From: Bifidobacterium sp.
Lineage (GTDB): Bacteria > Actinomycetota > Actinomycetes > Actinomycetales > Bifidobacteriaceae
Direction: 5' to 3'
Assembly (NCBI RefSeq): GCF_022640935.1
Contig: NZ_JALCCV010000002.1
Span: 52,331-116,330, forward strand
DNA: 64,000 bases
A model generated the notes under the pieces. That model saw nothing but the letters and a program-made list of their open reading frames with translations, was not told the DNA's origin and ran no database searches. A program made the translations under genes and the position numbers. How positions within the stretch are numbered: position 1 is the first letter of the stretch; each line of letters opens with the position of its first letter. This document shows positions 51,599-62,164 of this stretch, in pieces.

Positions 51599-53207
51599 GG
51601 AAGGACTGGAGACGCTGGCCAACGCATTCGTTGACGCGCAGACCGAAGTGGTGTCCACCGGCTCCACGGCAAAAACGCTGGCAGCGCTAGGCGTCAACGT
51701 CACCGAGGTCAGCGAGGTCACAGGATTCCCGGAAAGCCTCGATGGCCGGGTCAAGACGCTCGACCCGCATATTCATGCCGGCATCCTCGCCGACATGACC
51801 AACCCCGATCATGTCGCGCAGCTTGAGCAGCTCGGCATCGCGGCATTCGATCTGGTCATCGTGAATCTGTATCCCTTCGCCGATACCGTGCGTTCAGGCG
51901 CTAATGAGGCCGATACCATCGAGAAGATCGACATCGGTGGTCCTTCTATGGTGCGCGGAGCGGCCAAGAACAGTGCTTCCGTTGCCGTGATCACCGATCC
52001 TGCGGATTACGTACTGGTCGCGCAGCGGGTCGCAAATGGTCAAGGTTTCAGCTTGGAGGAACGCCGCTGGCTCGCAGCCAAGGCCTTCGCCCATACCGCG
52101 GCCTATGACGCGACGATCGCGGAATGGACGTCCCAGCGTTGGATCAAACCTGCCAGCATTGTCTCGGTATCACGGGCCAGTGACGCTGAGACAGCCGAGG
52201 CTGTGACTAACAACGCGAGCAGCATCGACGAGACGACGATGCCGGCGACGCTCACGCGCATCTGGGAACGGGCACATGTGCTGCGCTACGGCGAGAACCC
52301 CCATCAGCAGGCCTCGCTGTATCTTGACCCCTTCGATCAGGGTGGCTTCGCGCATGCGATCCAGCTCGGCGGCAAGCCGATGAGCTACAACAACTATGTC
52401 GACGCCGACGCTGCTTGGCGCACGGTGTGGGACTTCGCGCCGCGCATCGCCGTGGCCGTCACCAAGCACAACAATCCCTGTGGGCTGGCGCTGGGGGAGA
52501 CCGTAGCCGAAGCACATCGCAAGGCGCACGCCTGCGACCCGATGAGCGCCTATGGCGGGGTCATCGCCGCCAACACGACTGTCACCCTGGAGATGGCGAA
52601 CACAGTGCGGCCGATTTTCACCGAAGTCATCGTCGCGCCGGATTATGAGCCGGAAGCCCTAGAACTCCTGCAGATCAAGAAGAAGAACCTGCGTATCCTC
52701 AAGGTCGCCGAGCCGCCGCATGCGCGCACTCAGATGCGGGCCATCGACGGCGGACTGCTGCTGCAGACCACCGATCTGATCGATGCCGAGGGCGACAACC
52801 CGTCCAACTGGCGTTTGGTCGCTGGCGATCCTGCGGATGAGCAGACCTTGCGCGACCTGGCGTTCGCGTGGCGCGCGATACGCTGCGTGAAGTCGAATGC
52901 CATCCTCCTTGCGCACGACGAGGCCACGGTCGGCATCGGCATGGGACAGGTCAACCGGGTTGATTCGTGCGATCTTGCGGTGCGCCGCGCCAATACGCTG
53001 GCTGACAATGCGGACCGCGCCACCGGTTCGGTCGCGGCGTCCGACGCCTTCTTCCCATTCGCCGACGGCGCCCAGAAGCTTATCGACGCCGGGGTCAGGG
53101 CCATCGTGCAGCCGGGCGGCTCCATCCGTGATGAGGAAGTGTTCGCCGCCGCCCGCGAGGCTCACATCACGATGTATGCGACAGGCACGCGCCATTTCTT
53201 CCACTGA
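51543..53207 (+). CDS. purH: Bifunctional AICAR formyltransferase/IMP cyclohydrolase
   Basis: [55 protein letters not shown]. Confidence 0.97.
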   Translation: MMTTTQRPIRRALVSVFHKEGLETLANAFVDAQTEVVSTGSTAKTLAALGVNVTEVSEVTGFPESLDGRVKTLDPHIHAGILADMTNPDHVAQLEQLGIAAFDLVIVNLYPFADTVRSGANEADTIEKIDIGGPSMVRGAAKNSASVAVITDPADYVLVAQRVANGQGFSLEERRWLAAKAFAHTAAYDATIAEWTSQRWIKPASIVSVSRASDAETAEAVTNNASSIDETTMPATLTRIWERAHVLRYGENPHQQASLYLDPFDQGGFAHAIQLGGKPMSYNNYVDADAAWRTVWDFAPRIAVAVTKHNNPCGLALGETVAEAHRKAHACDPMSAYGGVIAANTTVTLEMANTVRPIFTEVIVAPDYEPEALELLQIKKKNLRILKVAEPPHARTQMRAIDGGLLLQTTDLIDAEGDNPSNWRLVAGDPADEQTLRDLAFAWRAIRCVKSNAILLAHDEATVGIGMGQVNRVDSCDLAVRRANTLADNADRATGSVAASDAFFPFADGAQKLIDAGVRAIVQPGGSIRDEEVFAAAREAHITMYATGTRHFFH

Positions 53208-53447
53208 AATGAGGATGATCGCTGTTCAGGAACGGCAGGCGGCCGTTTTCACTGAGACGCAGCTGAAAGTCGCTGGACTGCAAACTGTTGACTCGTAGAC
53301 GCGCCTTTAGCCGTATTCTCCCCGGATTATGCTGAAATCATCCCGCACAATTGGGCATTATCAACATAGTCCGGGGAAAATATCATAACCAGAGGGCTGA
53401 GGAGCCCGGTTTCAGTATAATTCCGGGAAAATTTCAGACTGGTACGT

Positions 53448-53771
53448 ATGCAGGAAGACGAAGCACAGCAAGGAGCACCGACGATGAGCGGCAAGCGTCC
53501 ACAAGTTTCGGAAGACCATGAAGGCGAGCCGGCCTTCGAGTGGTTGGTCGTGGCAGCCGTCGCGCTTGGCGCCCTGTGCGCGTTATTCGGATACATGATG
53601 GCCGCCACAGCGGTACTCGCTGCGACGGCCATCATCACCGGATCGCTCCGGTTGGCGTTGCGCGAACGCAGCCCCTGGAAGGTGCGTTCAGTCGCCTTCG
53701 ATTCCATTATCGGTATTGGATTGGGGCTCGGCCTGATCATTACCTACGCCAGCATTCGTCTGCTCTACTGA
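53448..53771 (+). CDS. Small membrane protein (DUF3017-like)
   Basis: Three hydrophobic segments; SPWKVRSVAFD. Confidence 0.65.
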   Translation: MQEDEAQQGAPTMSGKRPQVSEDHEGEPAFEWLVVAAVALGALCALFGYMMAATAVLAATAIITGSLRLALRERSPWKVRSVAFDSIIGIGLGLGLIITYASIRLLY

Positions 53772-54779
53772 GACTGGTTGGTCGGCTGCATCGCCAGCAT
53801 TGGCATCGACTGCCTCGCCGCCGTTGCCTGTCGTGAAGACAAGAGCGTCATCGGATTCCTCTTCGGCTGTGCTGTCTTCAGCAGCGTCTTCTTCGGCAAT
53901 GTCATTTTCAAACGCGGCGCCTTCGATGGCACTGCCGTTGGCGAACAGCTCACGCGCCACCATGACGAGCGCGACCAGCGCCGCCGCGAGCACCGGGACA
54001 ATCCAAAAAACCCAAAGCTGCTGCAACGGTTGCTGCGTCAGGCCCTGATTCTGCGCGAAGATTGCGATTCCGGTGGAGCGCGCCGGGTTCAGCGCCGCGC
54101 CAGTGATTGGATAAGTGAGCGCGGCGCCCGCAGCGTAGGCGATGCCCATGGCCCATGGCTGGCGTGAGGTTCCCGCGCCGTCAGCGCCGATCGTCGACAT
54201 GGCCGTAGCAATAATCAGAATACCGGCAACGACTTCGACAAGAATCGCCACAGTGATGCCGAAGCTCGTTCCAGCGCCATTGAGCGCCGAATACGACACC
54301 GAGCCTGATTCGAAGCCATTGACGCCATAAGTGAGCCAAATCTTGATCGGCAGGCTCTGGGAGGACGGGAGCACGCTCTTATACACAGCGCCCGCTGCGA
54401 TGCCGCCCAGCACCTGCACAATGATGTACAGCACGCCGTCAAGCGGCCGGGTCTTCGAGGTCAGCATGGCGGCGACCGTGACGGCAGGATTGAGCTGGCC
54501 TCCCGAAATGCGACCGAACACGAAGGTCACGACGGCATAGGCAAAGCCCGTGGCGAGCGCGATGAACGCCAAGTTGGGGTTATAGAGCGGTGCGGACAGC
54601 GTGTACGCCATGTAGATGACGAAGCAGACCAGGAAGCTGCCGAGCAGCTCTGCGCCTACGCGCAGCCACATTGGTGTGGAATTCAGTGGTGTGGAACGCT
54701 GCGGAGCGCGCTGCGCTGGCGCATAATGCGTGGCCTCGCTGCTTGGCTCGCCGTCGTTTTCGGATTCGAATTGGGTCAT
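53688..54779 (-). CDS. MIP/aquaporin family channel with long acidic C-terminal tail
   Basis: AELLGSF, SGGQLNPAVT and ALNPARS (two NPA motifs), WVFWIVP; AAGGAA RBS before ATG 54779. Confidence 0.9.
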   Translation of the reverse strand: MTQFESENDGEPSSEATHYAPAQRAPQRSTPLNSTPMWLRVGAELLGSFLVCFVIYMAYTLSAPLYNPNLAFIALATGFAYAVVTFVFGRISGGQLNPAVTVAAMLTSKTRPLDGVLYIIVQVLGGIAAGAVYKSVLPSSQSLPIKIWLTYGVNGFESGSVSYSALNGAGTSFGITVAILVEVVAGILIIATAMSTIGADGAGTSRQPWAMGIAYAAGAALTYPITGAALNPARSTGIAIFAQNQGLTQQPLQQLWVFWIVPVLAAALVALVMVARELFANGSAIEGAAFENDIAEEDAAEDSTAEEESDDALVFTTGNGGEAVDANAGDAADQPVSVEQTNAGVGNDQAEPQSNTDNGIEGD

Positions 54780-54997
54780 GATATTCCTTGATACCTCAAC
54801 TTTGTATTGCACCATCAATGCGGGCCGATGTCCGCCGGACGACTGCCATCGTAGCAGCATCCCCTTAACGTTCCATGCAATGCGATATAATCGAAAGGTT
54901 GCGGTCGCCGAATGTTTGCTGAATTGTGAGACGGCGCCGATGAACATACGAATACGGCGGTGCGTGCGCGCTGCCGACAGGCCACGTTGGGAGAACG

Positions 54998-55771
54998 ATG
55001 CCAAACGCATACACCCGCGCCGAGAAGGCGCATACCACCGATAATGAAGGAATCCGGCTGCAGAAGCTTTTGGCTCAGGCTGGTTTCGGCTCGCGCCGCA
55101 AATGCGAGGAGATCATCACCGAAGGCCGGGTCGAGGTCGATGGAGAACTGGTCACCGAACTCGGCACCCGGGTCGATCCTGCCCACCAGCAGATTCGCGT
55201 CGACGGCTCGCGTGTGCGCGTCGACGGTAGACATGTCACGCTGGCGCTCAACAAGCCCAAGAAGGTGCTCAGCGCCATGGACGATCCAAAAGGACGTTTT
55301 ACCCTAGCCGACATCGTGGGCGACAAATATGAGCGCATCTTCCACATGGGGCGCTTGGATTATGACTCTGAAGGCCTTATCCTCATGACGAACGACGGGG
55401 AGCTGAGCCAGCATGTCATGCACCCCAAATATGAGGTGGAAAAGACCTATATCGCCACGCTGGAAGGTAGGATCGGCGGCAACGTGTGCCGTCGGCTCGT
55501 TTCGCAAGGCGTGCAGCTCGACGATGGGATCATCAAACTCGACCACTGCGCGATCATCGACGGGAACCGCGAGTCCACCATGGTCAAAGTGGTGCTGCAT
55601 TCGGGCAAGAACCGCATCGTCCGCCGCATCTTCGGCGCGATCGGATTCCCCGTCAAACGCCTGGTGCGCACGCAAATCGGCCCGATCAAGCTTGGCGATC
55701 TGAAGCCCGGAACTTACCGCGTGCTTTCGCAGCCTGAAGTCCGCTCGCTGTCCAAGGAGGTAGGGCTGTGA
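54998..55771 (+). CDS. rluB: rRNA pseudouridine synthase (RluB/RsuA family)
   Basis: S4 domain [44 protein letters not shown]. Confidence 0.9.
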   Translation: MPNAYTRAEKAHTTDNEGIRLQKLLAQAGFGSRRKCEEIITEGRVEVDGELVTELGTRVDPAHQQIRVDGSRVRVDGRHVTLALNKPKKVLSAMDDPKGRFTLADIVGDKYERIFHMGRLDYDSEGLILMTNDGELSQHVMHPKYEVEKTYIATLEGRIGGNVCRRLVSQGVQLDDGIIKLDHCAIIDGNRESTMVKVVLHSGKNRIVRRIFGAIGFPVKRLVRTQIGPIKLGDLKPGTYRVLSQPEVRSLSKEVGL

Positions 55772-57897
55772 TCCGAGTAGCCATTGACGGCCCTGCAGGC
55801 GTGGGCAAATCCTCCGCTTCGCGAGCATTGGCCAGCTATTTCAGTTTCGCTTATCTGGACACCGGTGCAATGTACCGTGCCTGCGCATGGTGGTGCCTGC
55901 ATCAAGGCGTCGATCTTGACGTCTCGCCGGTCGATGAAGAGGCGATCATACAGAGCGTGGGGGAGTTCTTCACCGGAGATCATTTCGATTTAAGCGTGGA
56001 TCCGCAGGATCCCAAGGTATTCGCCGACGGCGATGACATCAGCGAAGCGATCCGCTCCTCAGCGGTCTCATCGCATGTTTCGGTGGTCTCCAACATCATC
56101 CCGGTGCGCCATATACTGATTGCCGCGCAGCGGGCCTTCATCGAGCGCGAGGCACTGGCTGACTCGTATTCGAAAGGCTTGGGAGTCGTCGCCGAAGGCC
56201 GCGATATCACGACGGTGGTCTCGCCCAACGCTGAGGTGCGGGTGCTGCTCACCGCGCGTGAAGAGGTGCGTCAGGCGCGCCGCTCAGGTCAGAGCGAGCA
56301 GGGTGTCGGCGCGGAGAACGTTGCCGCCCGCGACAAAGCCGATTCGAAAGTCACCAGTTTTCTGACCGCCGCCGAAGGCGTGACCACACTCGACAATTCC
56401 GACCTGACCTTCGAACAGACGCTCGACGCGCTGATCGCGCTGGTCGAGCAGGCGATCGAAGAGCAGGAATACCGGGAATACGCCGCGAATCTCGAAGGCT
56501 ACGAGCTTGACGATGAGGACCAGTCGCTGCTGGCCGCCGATCGCAATGTCGGAACCGGCAGCCTGACAGGTCCTAAACCAGTGGGCGTGCTAGCTGTAGT
56601 CGGGCGCCCCAACGTCGGCAAATCCACGCTGGTCAACCGCATCCTCGGCCGTCGCGTCGCCGTGGTGGAAGACACGCCGGGCGTGACCCGCGACCGCGTA
56701 AGCTATGACGCCGAATGGGCCGGCAATGATTTCAAGCTCGTCGACACCGGCGGCTGGGAGGCCGACGTCGAAGGCATCGAATCAGCGATTGCATCGCAGG
56801 CCCGGGTCGCCGTACAGCTCAGCGACGCCGTCGTCTTTGTGGTCGATGCCCAGGTGGGCTTGACCGACACCGACCAGCGCATCGTGAAACTGCTGCGTGC
56901 TTCGGGCAAGCCCGTGGTGCTGGCCGTGAACAAGATCGACGATGCCACCGGCGAATACATGGCCGCTGAATTCTGGAAATTGGGTATGGGAGAGCCCTAT
57001 GCGGTTTCTGCTATGCACGGCCGCGGCGTCGGTGACCTGCTCGATGTGGCCGTCGATGCGCTCAAAAAAGCCGACAAGACCTCGGGCTTCCTCACGCCTG
57101 GCGATCTGCGGCGCGTGGCATTGGTGGGCCGGCCGAACGTGGGCAAATCTTCGCTGCTCAACCAGATGGCCAAGCAGGAGCGTGCAGTCGTCAATGAGCT
57201 GGCGGGCACGACACGAGACCCGATAGACGAGGTCATCGACATCGACGGCGAGGACTGGCTGTTCATCGACACGGCCGGGATCAAACGTCGCGCGCACAAG
57301 CTGTCTGGCGCGGAATACTATTCCTCGCTGCGCACGCAGGCAGCCATCGAACGCAGCGAACTGGCCTTGGTGCTGTTCGACGCCTCGCAGCCAATAGCCG
57401 ATCAGGATCTGAAAGTCATGAGCCAGGCGGTGGACGCCGGCCGTGCCATCGTGCTCGTGTTCAATAAGTGGGATCTGCTCGACGAATTCGACCGGCAGCG
57501 CCTCGAACGGCTCTGGAACACCGAATTCGACCGGGTCACGTGGGCCGAGCGGGTCAATCTCTCCGCGAAAACCGGCTGGCACTCCAACCGGCTGGCCAAG
57601 GCCATGCGCACCGCACTCGAATCTTGGGACAAGCGCATCCCCACTGGCAAACTCAATGCTTTTCTTGGCCGAATCCAGTCCGCGCACCCGCACCCGCTGC
57701 GCGGCGGCAAGCAAGCCCGCGTCCTTTTCGCCACTCAGGCCTCGACCCGTCCGCCCCGCTTCGTGATCTTCGCCACCGGGTTCTTGGAGCACGGCTACCG
57801 TCGCTTCATCGAGCGTTCCTTACGGGAAGAGTTCGGCTTCGAAGGCACCCCTATCCAGATCTCTGTGCACATCCGGGAGAGGCGCAAGCGCAAGTAG
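55768..57897 (+). CDS. der: Fused cytidylate kinase / ribosome biogenesis GTPase Der
   Basis: [25 protein letters not shown]; two GTPase domains GRPNVGKS with DTGG/DTAG, NKID/NKWD; KH-like tail. Confidence 0.96.
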   Translation: MIRVAIDGPAGVGKSSASRALASYFSFAYLDTGAMYRACAWWCLHQGVDLDVSPVDEEAIIQSVGEFFTGDHFDLSVDPQDPKVFADGDDISEAIRSSAVSSHVSVVSNIIPVRHILIAAQRAFIEREALADSYSKGLGVVAEGRDITTVVSPNAEVRVLLTAREEVRQARRSGQSEQGVGAENVAARDKADSKVTSFLTAAEGVTTLDNSDLTFEQTLDALIALVEQAIEEQEYREYAANLEGYELDDEDQSLLAADRNVGTGSLTGPKPVGVLAVVGRPNVGKSTLVNRILGRRVAVVEDTPGVTRDRVSYDAEWAGNDFKLVDTGGWEADVEGIESAIASQARVAVQLSDAVVFVVDAQVGLTDTDQRIVKLLRASGKPVVLAVNKIDDATGEYMAAEFWKLGMGEPYAVSAMHGRGVGDLLDVAVDALKKADKTSGFLTPGDLRRVALVGRPNVGKSSLLNQMAKQERAVVNELAGTTRDPIDEVIDIDGEDWLFIDTAGIKRRAHKLSGAEYYSSLRTQAAIERSELALVLFDASQPIADQDLKVMSQAVDAGRAIVLVFNKWDLLDEFDRQRLERLWNTEFDRVTWAERVNLSAKTGWHSNRLAKAMRTALESWDKRIPTGKLNAFLGRIQSAHPHPLRGGKQARVLFATQASTRPPRFVIFATGFLEHGYRRFIERSLREEFGFEGTPIQISVHIRERRKRK

Positions 57898-57926
57898 ATA
57901 TATTGTTACCTGTATTCATTGATTAG

Positions 57927-57966
57927 GAGCCGAACGCATCGAGATGGATGCGTTCGGCTCTTGTTT
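57927..57966 (+). terminator. Intrinsic terminator after rluB-cmk/der
   Basis: GAGCCGAACGCATC-GAGATG-GATGCGTTCGGCTC-TTGTTT, perfect 14-bp stem. Confidence 0.8.
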
Positions 57967-58064
57967 CAGTGCATGATTGGCTGATGTGTTTGCCGTAACT
58001 TGCTGGCGTGTCGTCAAAAGTCAAAGGATGTGGTACATTATGTCCTTGGTGTGCAAACACCGTT

Positions 58065-58138
<74 letters not shown>

Positions 58139-58220
58139 CAAACAACAGGCAGTCTCAGATAGCCTCCATATCGTGTAGGGGCGTCGTTCACACGAGCGGC
58201 AATGAAGTTTTGAGTTCCCG

Positions 58221-58255
58221 GCTCGCCCTCCACTTTGCTGCGGAGGGCGGGTTTT
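58221..58255 (+). terminator. Terminator after tRNA-Pro
   Basis: GCTCGCCCTCC-loop-GGAGGGCGGGT-TTT. Confidence 0.6.
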
Positions 58256-58615
58256 GCATTTTCGGGGTCAAGGAAATGCCGAACGGCTCCCTGAACTGCC
58301 CTTTGATGCGATTTCGGTTTGTTTGTGCCTTGCATATGCAAAACAGGGGCCTTTGCATTGAGTCAGGTCGTCAGACCATTTTCCACATTTCGTTGATATT
58401 CAGCTACTCTTGGCGACAATGAGAACGCCATTCCCTTCAGGTAACGCAAAACGGCCCTTATTTTGCATTACGTGAGGTTCCATATCCTCGGTAATGCAAA
58501 AGAGGCCCGTTTTCCCACTCAGCGAGAACAAATGTGCAGGGATGGTGTGGGCAAAGATGCGGACTACCTGCAGTGTCTCACCTGCCATTTCGCTGGAAGA
58601 GAAGAGAAAACAGAG

Positions 58616-58657
58616 TTGCGCATACTATGCCAAACATAGTATAATGAACATACTATG
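58616..58657 (+). promoter_or_regulatory. Promoter of padR operon overlapped by a palindromic operator
   Basis: TTGCGC-N18-TATAAT (58640-58645); ATACTATG-N5-CATAGTAT (58622-58642) plus a third half-site ATACTATG (58650-58657). Confidence 0.65.
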
Positions 58658-58712
58658 TGAATGGGAACGAAAACGCCCGTTCGCTGCACACTTCGGCTGG
58701 AAAGGATACGTC

Positions 58713-59042
58713 ATGATCAGTGCAGACGCCCTGCGCGGCTACGTCGACATCATGATTCTGTCGCTGCTGCGCCGCGAGCCTTCATACGCTTATGACATGG
58801 CGAAGGAAATCGCGCGCGAGGCTGAAGGAGACTACTCGATCAAACAAACCACACTGTATTCGGCACTCAAACGGCTCGAAGGCACAGGACACGTCGAATC
58901 ATTCCCTGGGCAATCTCAATCAGGAAAGCCCAGAACCTACTACCGACTCACCGAAGCGGGCCATGAACTGCTGGCTTCCAAGTGCGAGGAGTGGGAGCAA
59001 ACCAAAACACTCGTCGACCGCTTCGCGAAAGGAAACGACTGA
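58713..59042 (+). CDS. PadR family transcriptional regulator
   Basis: LRGYVDIMILSLL...YAYDM...TTLYSALKRLE...RTYYRLTEAG; AAAGGA RBS. Confidence 0.92.
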   Translation: MISADALRGYVDIMILSLLRREPSYAYDMAKEIAREAEGDYSIKQTTLYSALKRLEGTGHVESFPGQSQSGKPRTYYRLTEAGHELLASKCEEWEQTKTLVDRFAKGND

Positions 59043-60085
59043 TGGACATCCTTGACAACTATTTGGACACCATGTTCTCCCGCTATCCGCTTACGCCCAA
59101 AACGCAGGATGCGAAGCGCGAGCTGCGCGCCATGATGGAGGACGCGTACAACGGCGCGCTTGCCGCGGGACGTTCACACAATGAGGCCATAGGGCAGGCC
59201 ATCGCCGAATTCGGCAATATCGATGAGATCGCGCCGACGCTGGGCAACGCGCATGCTGCGGCGAAAACTGTTCCGGTGGAGCACATCGGGCGTGTGGAGC
59301 GCCCCATCACGATGGCCCAGGCGCAGAACTTCATCGATGCGATGAAACGTACCCGGTGGCTGCTGGGCGTGGGAGTGGCGTTGATCGTGTTCGGCGCGGC
59401 CCCGTTCCTCGGGCTGGCGATCGCCTACGGCAGCGTCGGGGGAGCGCGCGAAAACCTCGGCCTGCTGCTTGGCTTCGCGCTCATGCTCCCGCTCATCGGC
59501 GTGGGCGTCGGGCTTCTGGTGTACCGAAACCAGCAGCTTTCCGCGTTCAGGCGCATCGTCGGCGGCATGGATCGTTGCACTTCTGAGATAGCCGCCTATG
59601 CGAACGCCCTGCAACAACAGGAATCCTCGAAGCGCACACTGGCTTTGGTCGTCGCGATTATGCTGTGGATTCTTTCTGGGCTGCCATTGGTCGGCGCGGG
59701 AATCTACACGCAGGACTGGCCGCAAATCCAAGCTGATCCGCTGCTCGGCTGGAGCATGGCTCTCACGCTTGTTCTGGTCAGCCTGGGTCTGCTGGTCTTC
59801 CTGCCCGCCAATTGGATGCACGCCGCGCAGGTGAATTTGACGCAGACCTCGCCTGAGGCGATCGCAGAGCGTGAACGCGGCGAGAATTCCGACCACTATC
59901 CCGTATGGGTGAGAGCGATCTTCGCGGGATTCTGGCTTATCATCACGGCCATCTATCTCGCGTGGAGTTTCATCACCGGCAATTGGGGTACCACGTGGAT
60001 CATCTGGCCGATTTCGGCGATCGCCTTCGGCGCGTTCGCGGCGATCGCCGGAACCATTTACTCATCGCGGGAGCAGGAACGGTAA
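59042..60085 (+). CDS. Membrane protein with permease-prefix-like N-terminal domain (PadR partner)
   Basis: YLDTMF...ELRAMMEDAY...AIAEFGNIDE N-terminus, then about 6 TM helices, ending WGTTWIIWP; coupled to the padR stop. Confidence 0.78.
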   Translation: MDILDNYLDTMFSRYPLTPKTQDAKRELRAMMEDAYNGALAAGRSHNEAIGQAIAEFGNIDEIAPTLGNAHAAAKTVPVEHIGRVERPITMAQAQNFIDAMKRTRWLLGVGVALIVFGAAPFLGLAIAYGSVGGARENLGLLLGFALMLPLIGVGVGLLVYRNQQLSAFRRIVGGMDRCTSEIAAYANALQQQESSKRTLALVVAIMLWILSGLPLVGAGIYTQDWPQIQADPLLGWSMALTLVLVSLGLLVFLPANWMHAAQVNLTQTSPEAIAERERGENSDHYPVWVRAIFAGFWLIITAIYLAWSFITGNWGTTWIIWPISAIAFGAFAAIAGTIYSSREQER

Positions 60086-60099
60086 AACAGTCAGGCCGC

Positions 60100-61035
60100 T
60101 TATGCCCGATCGTTCGACCCACCAAGCAGCTGCGCGATGCCCTCGCGGTAGGTGGTGATTGGGAAGCCCGGAAATCTGGTCTGGAATTTGGTGGAATCGA
60201 AGATGTTGTCCTGCCGGTAGCGCGGCAACAGCTCTTCGATCTCCTTGACGGTCGGGTTGATCCAGCCGCCGATGCGGAACGCCCAGCCTGGCACGGTCGT
60301 GTAACCGATGCCACGGCCGGTGGCAGCTGACGCGATTTTGATCAGCTGCCGATAATTCAGCCGTTCGTGGTCGACCGGCAGATGCCAGGTCTGTCCGTAG
60401 GCATCAGCCGTGTTGCCGATGAGCGCCAAGGCGCGACTCGCGTCAGGCGTCCAGATCAGCGTCCTCTTGGCATGGGCGCTGATCGGCACGAAGGGCCGCT
60501 TGCCCTGCGCGATGCGGCCCAGCACCATAGCATTCGTCACGCTCTGAGTTTTGCCAGGCCCATAGAACTCCGGCGCGCGGCAGATCACGGCGACGATCTG
60601 GCCCGCAGCCATCTCGTCCAGCAGCATTGTCGCAAGCTGTGCTCGGACACGCGCCTTGCGCCCGACCGGCTCGAAGCGCATGCCTTCGGCCTGGATTTCG
60701 GCGGTGCGCGGGTACATGTAGGTGTTGTCGAAGAAGACGAGCCTGACGCCGTGTCTTTCGCATGCCGCGATCGCATTCGCCATCATGGTCGGAAACTTCT
60801 CCTCCCACATGCCTGAATTCGCCGGCAAGCCTACCGTGAGATACGCGATTTCGCTGCCTTCGACCGCTGTATCTGTGGCCTCGGCATCCATGAGATCGGC
60901 GGATACAAGCTGATCGGTGTCGTGCACCTTGCGCGGATGCCTGCTGATCAGGCGGATGTCGTGCGTGTAATTGCGATACAGTTCGCGGGCGAGTTCATCG
61001 GCGATCTGGCCGCCTGCGCCGAGGATGGTCTGCAT
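60100..61035 (-). CDS. NAD-dependent epimerase/dehydratase (atypical SDR)
   Basis: MQTILGAGGQIA, YLTVGLP, FFDNTYMY, RAPEFYGP. Confidence 0.85.
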   Translation of the reverse strand: MQTILGAGGQIADELARELYRNYTHDIRLISRHPRKVHDTDQLVSADLMDAEATDTAVEGSEIAYLTVGLPANSGMWEEKFPTMMANAIAACERHGVRLVFFDNTYMYPRTAEIQAEGMRFEPVGRKARVRAQLATMLLDEMAAGQIVAVICRAPEFYGPGKTQSVTNAMVLGRIAQGKRPFVPISAHAKRTLIWTPDASRALALIGNTADAYGQTWHLPVDHERLNYRQLIKIASAATGRGIGYTTVPGWAFRIGGWINPTVKEIEELLPRYRQDNIFDSTKFQTRFPGFPITTYREGIAQLLGGSNDRA

Positions 61036-61107
61036 GGTATATGTCCCTGATTGAGATCCGTTGTTCAATGCTGGTTTTCCGTATCGGAAGAAGGCACGAC
61101 AGCCGAT

Positions 61108-61836
61108 TCAGCCCAGCAGTTCGGCGGCTTTGGTCGCCGTCTCCTTGGCTGATCCGGGGTTCTGGCCGGTGACGAGCCTGCCATCGACGACGGTGTTCGA
61201 CACGAACGGCAACAACGCCTTCGAATAGTTCGCGCCGCGCTGCTTCATGCGATCCTCGACGTTGTATGGCACGAGCTTGTCCACGCGGGCGAGCATCTCC
61301 TCGCGCCATGAGAAGCCGGTGATATTGCGGCCCGCGACGAGATAGCTGCCGTCGGAGAGCTTCGTCTCCAGCAGCCCGCAGTAGCCGTGGCAGACCGCGG
61401 AGACGACACCGCCGTCCTCGTAGATAGCGCGAGTGATTCGCTGCAGGCCTTCGCTGCCGGGGAAGTCGAACATCACCGCATGGCCGCCGGTGAAGAAGAT
61501 CGCGTCGTAGTCCGCGGCATTGATGTCGTCGGGGCTGGCCGTATGCTCCAGCAGCGCCATTTTTGCAGGGTCGTCATGCCAGGCCTTCGAGGATTTGTCG
61601 TAGTTGGGGAACTTCAGCGAACGCGGCTCCAACGGCGACTTGCCGCCCGCCGGGCTTACGATGGTCTGCTCATAGCCGTGCTTCGCGAAAATGTCATAGG
61701 CGTGAACGAGTTCGGACAGCCATAGCCCGGTCGGATGCGAAGGATCAACCTCGTAGTGGGTGACGTTGGTGACGACGAGCAATACTCTCTCGGGTGTCTG
61801 CGTCGCTGTACTCGGTGTTGCGGTGTTCCGGCTCAT
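61108..61836 (-). CDS. DJ-1/PfpI family (class I glutamine amidotransferase-like, glyoxalase III-type) protein
   Basis: TGLWLSELVHAY, YDAIFFTGGHAVMFD, SAVCHG (nucleophile Cys), LVTGQNPGSA. Confidence 0.9.
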   Translation of the reverse strand: MSRNTATPSTATQTPERVLLVVTNVTHYEVDPSHPTGLWLSELVHAYDIFAKHGYEQTIVSPAGGKSPLEPRSLKFPNYDKSSKAWHDDPAKMALLEHTASPDDINAADYDAIFFTGGHAVMFDFPGSEGLQRITRAIYEDGGVVSAVCHGYCGLLETKLSDGSYLVAGRNITGFSWREEMLARVDKLVPYNVEDRMKQRGANYSKALLPFVSNTVVDGRLVTGQNPGSAKETATKAAELLG

Positions 61837-61869
61837 TGGATTTTCGATTCTGTGACGTGGAATTTATTG

Positions 61870-62105
61870 TGGTTTTCGTGTGATCGGCATCAGCTTTGCC
61901 GAACGGCATGAAGATCGCCGCGAGGGTCGATCGCACCTGTTCATCAATCTTGTCAAGGTCCGTATTCGACAATTTGACGTCGAGATGCAGGAAGGCGAGG
62001 CCGTGCACGAGCGACCATCCCTCCGCCTTCGAGCAGCTGCAGCGCCGAGTGCAGCAGCTGCTCGCGCAGGTCGCTGTGACGCCTCGTCGCAAAAGTATCT
62101 ATGAA
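61870..62105 (-). pseudogene. TetR-family (WHG-type) repressor, internally deleted and frameshifted
   Basis: N-terminal RHSDLREQLLHSALQLLE joins, with a frame change near 62028, directly to C-terminal EGWSLVHGLAFLHLD. The HTH and most of the ligand domain are missing. Confidence 0.7.
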
Positions 62106-62147
62106 TGTATCCGTATCGCATCTCCGTGATGCTGTAAGCACTTATAT

Positions 62148-62164
62148 TGTTAGCATTGCTAACA
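62148..62164. promoter_or_regulatory. Palindromic operator upstream of the broken tetR
   Basis: TGTTAGCA-T-TGCTAACA, perfect 8-bp arms in an AT-rich tract. Confidence 0.6.

Noticed and set aside
55768-57897. Cmk-Der fusion as a novelty
   Set aside because: Known feature of bifidobacteria and some other actinobacteria.
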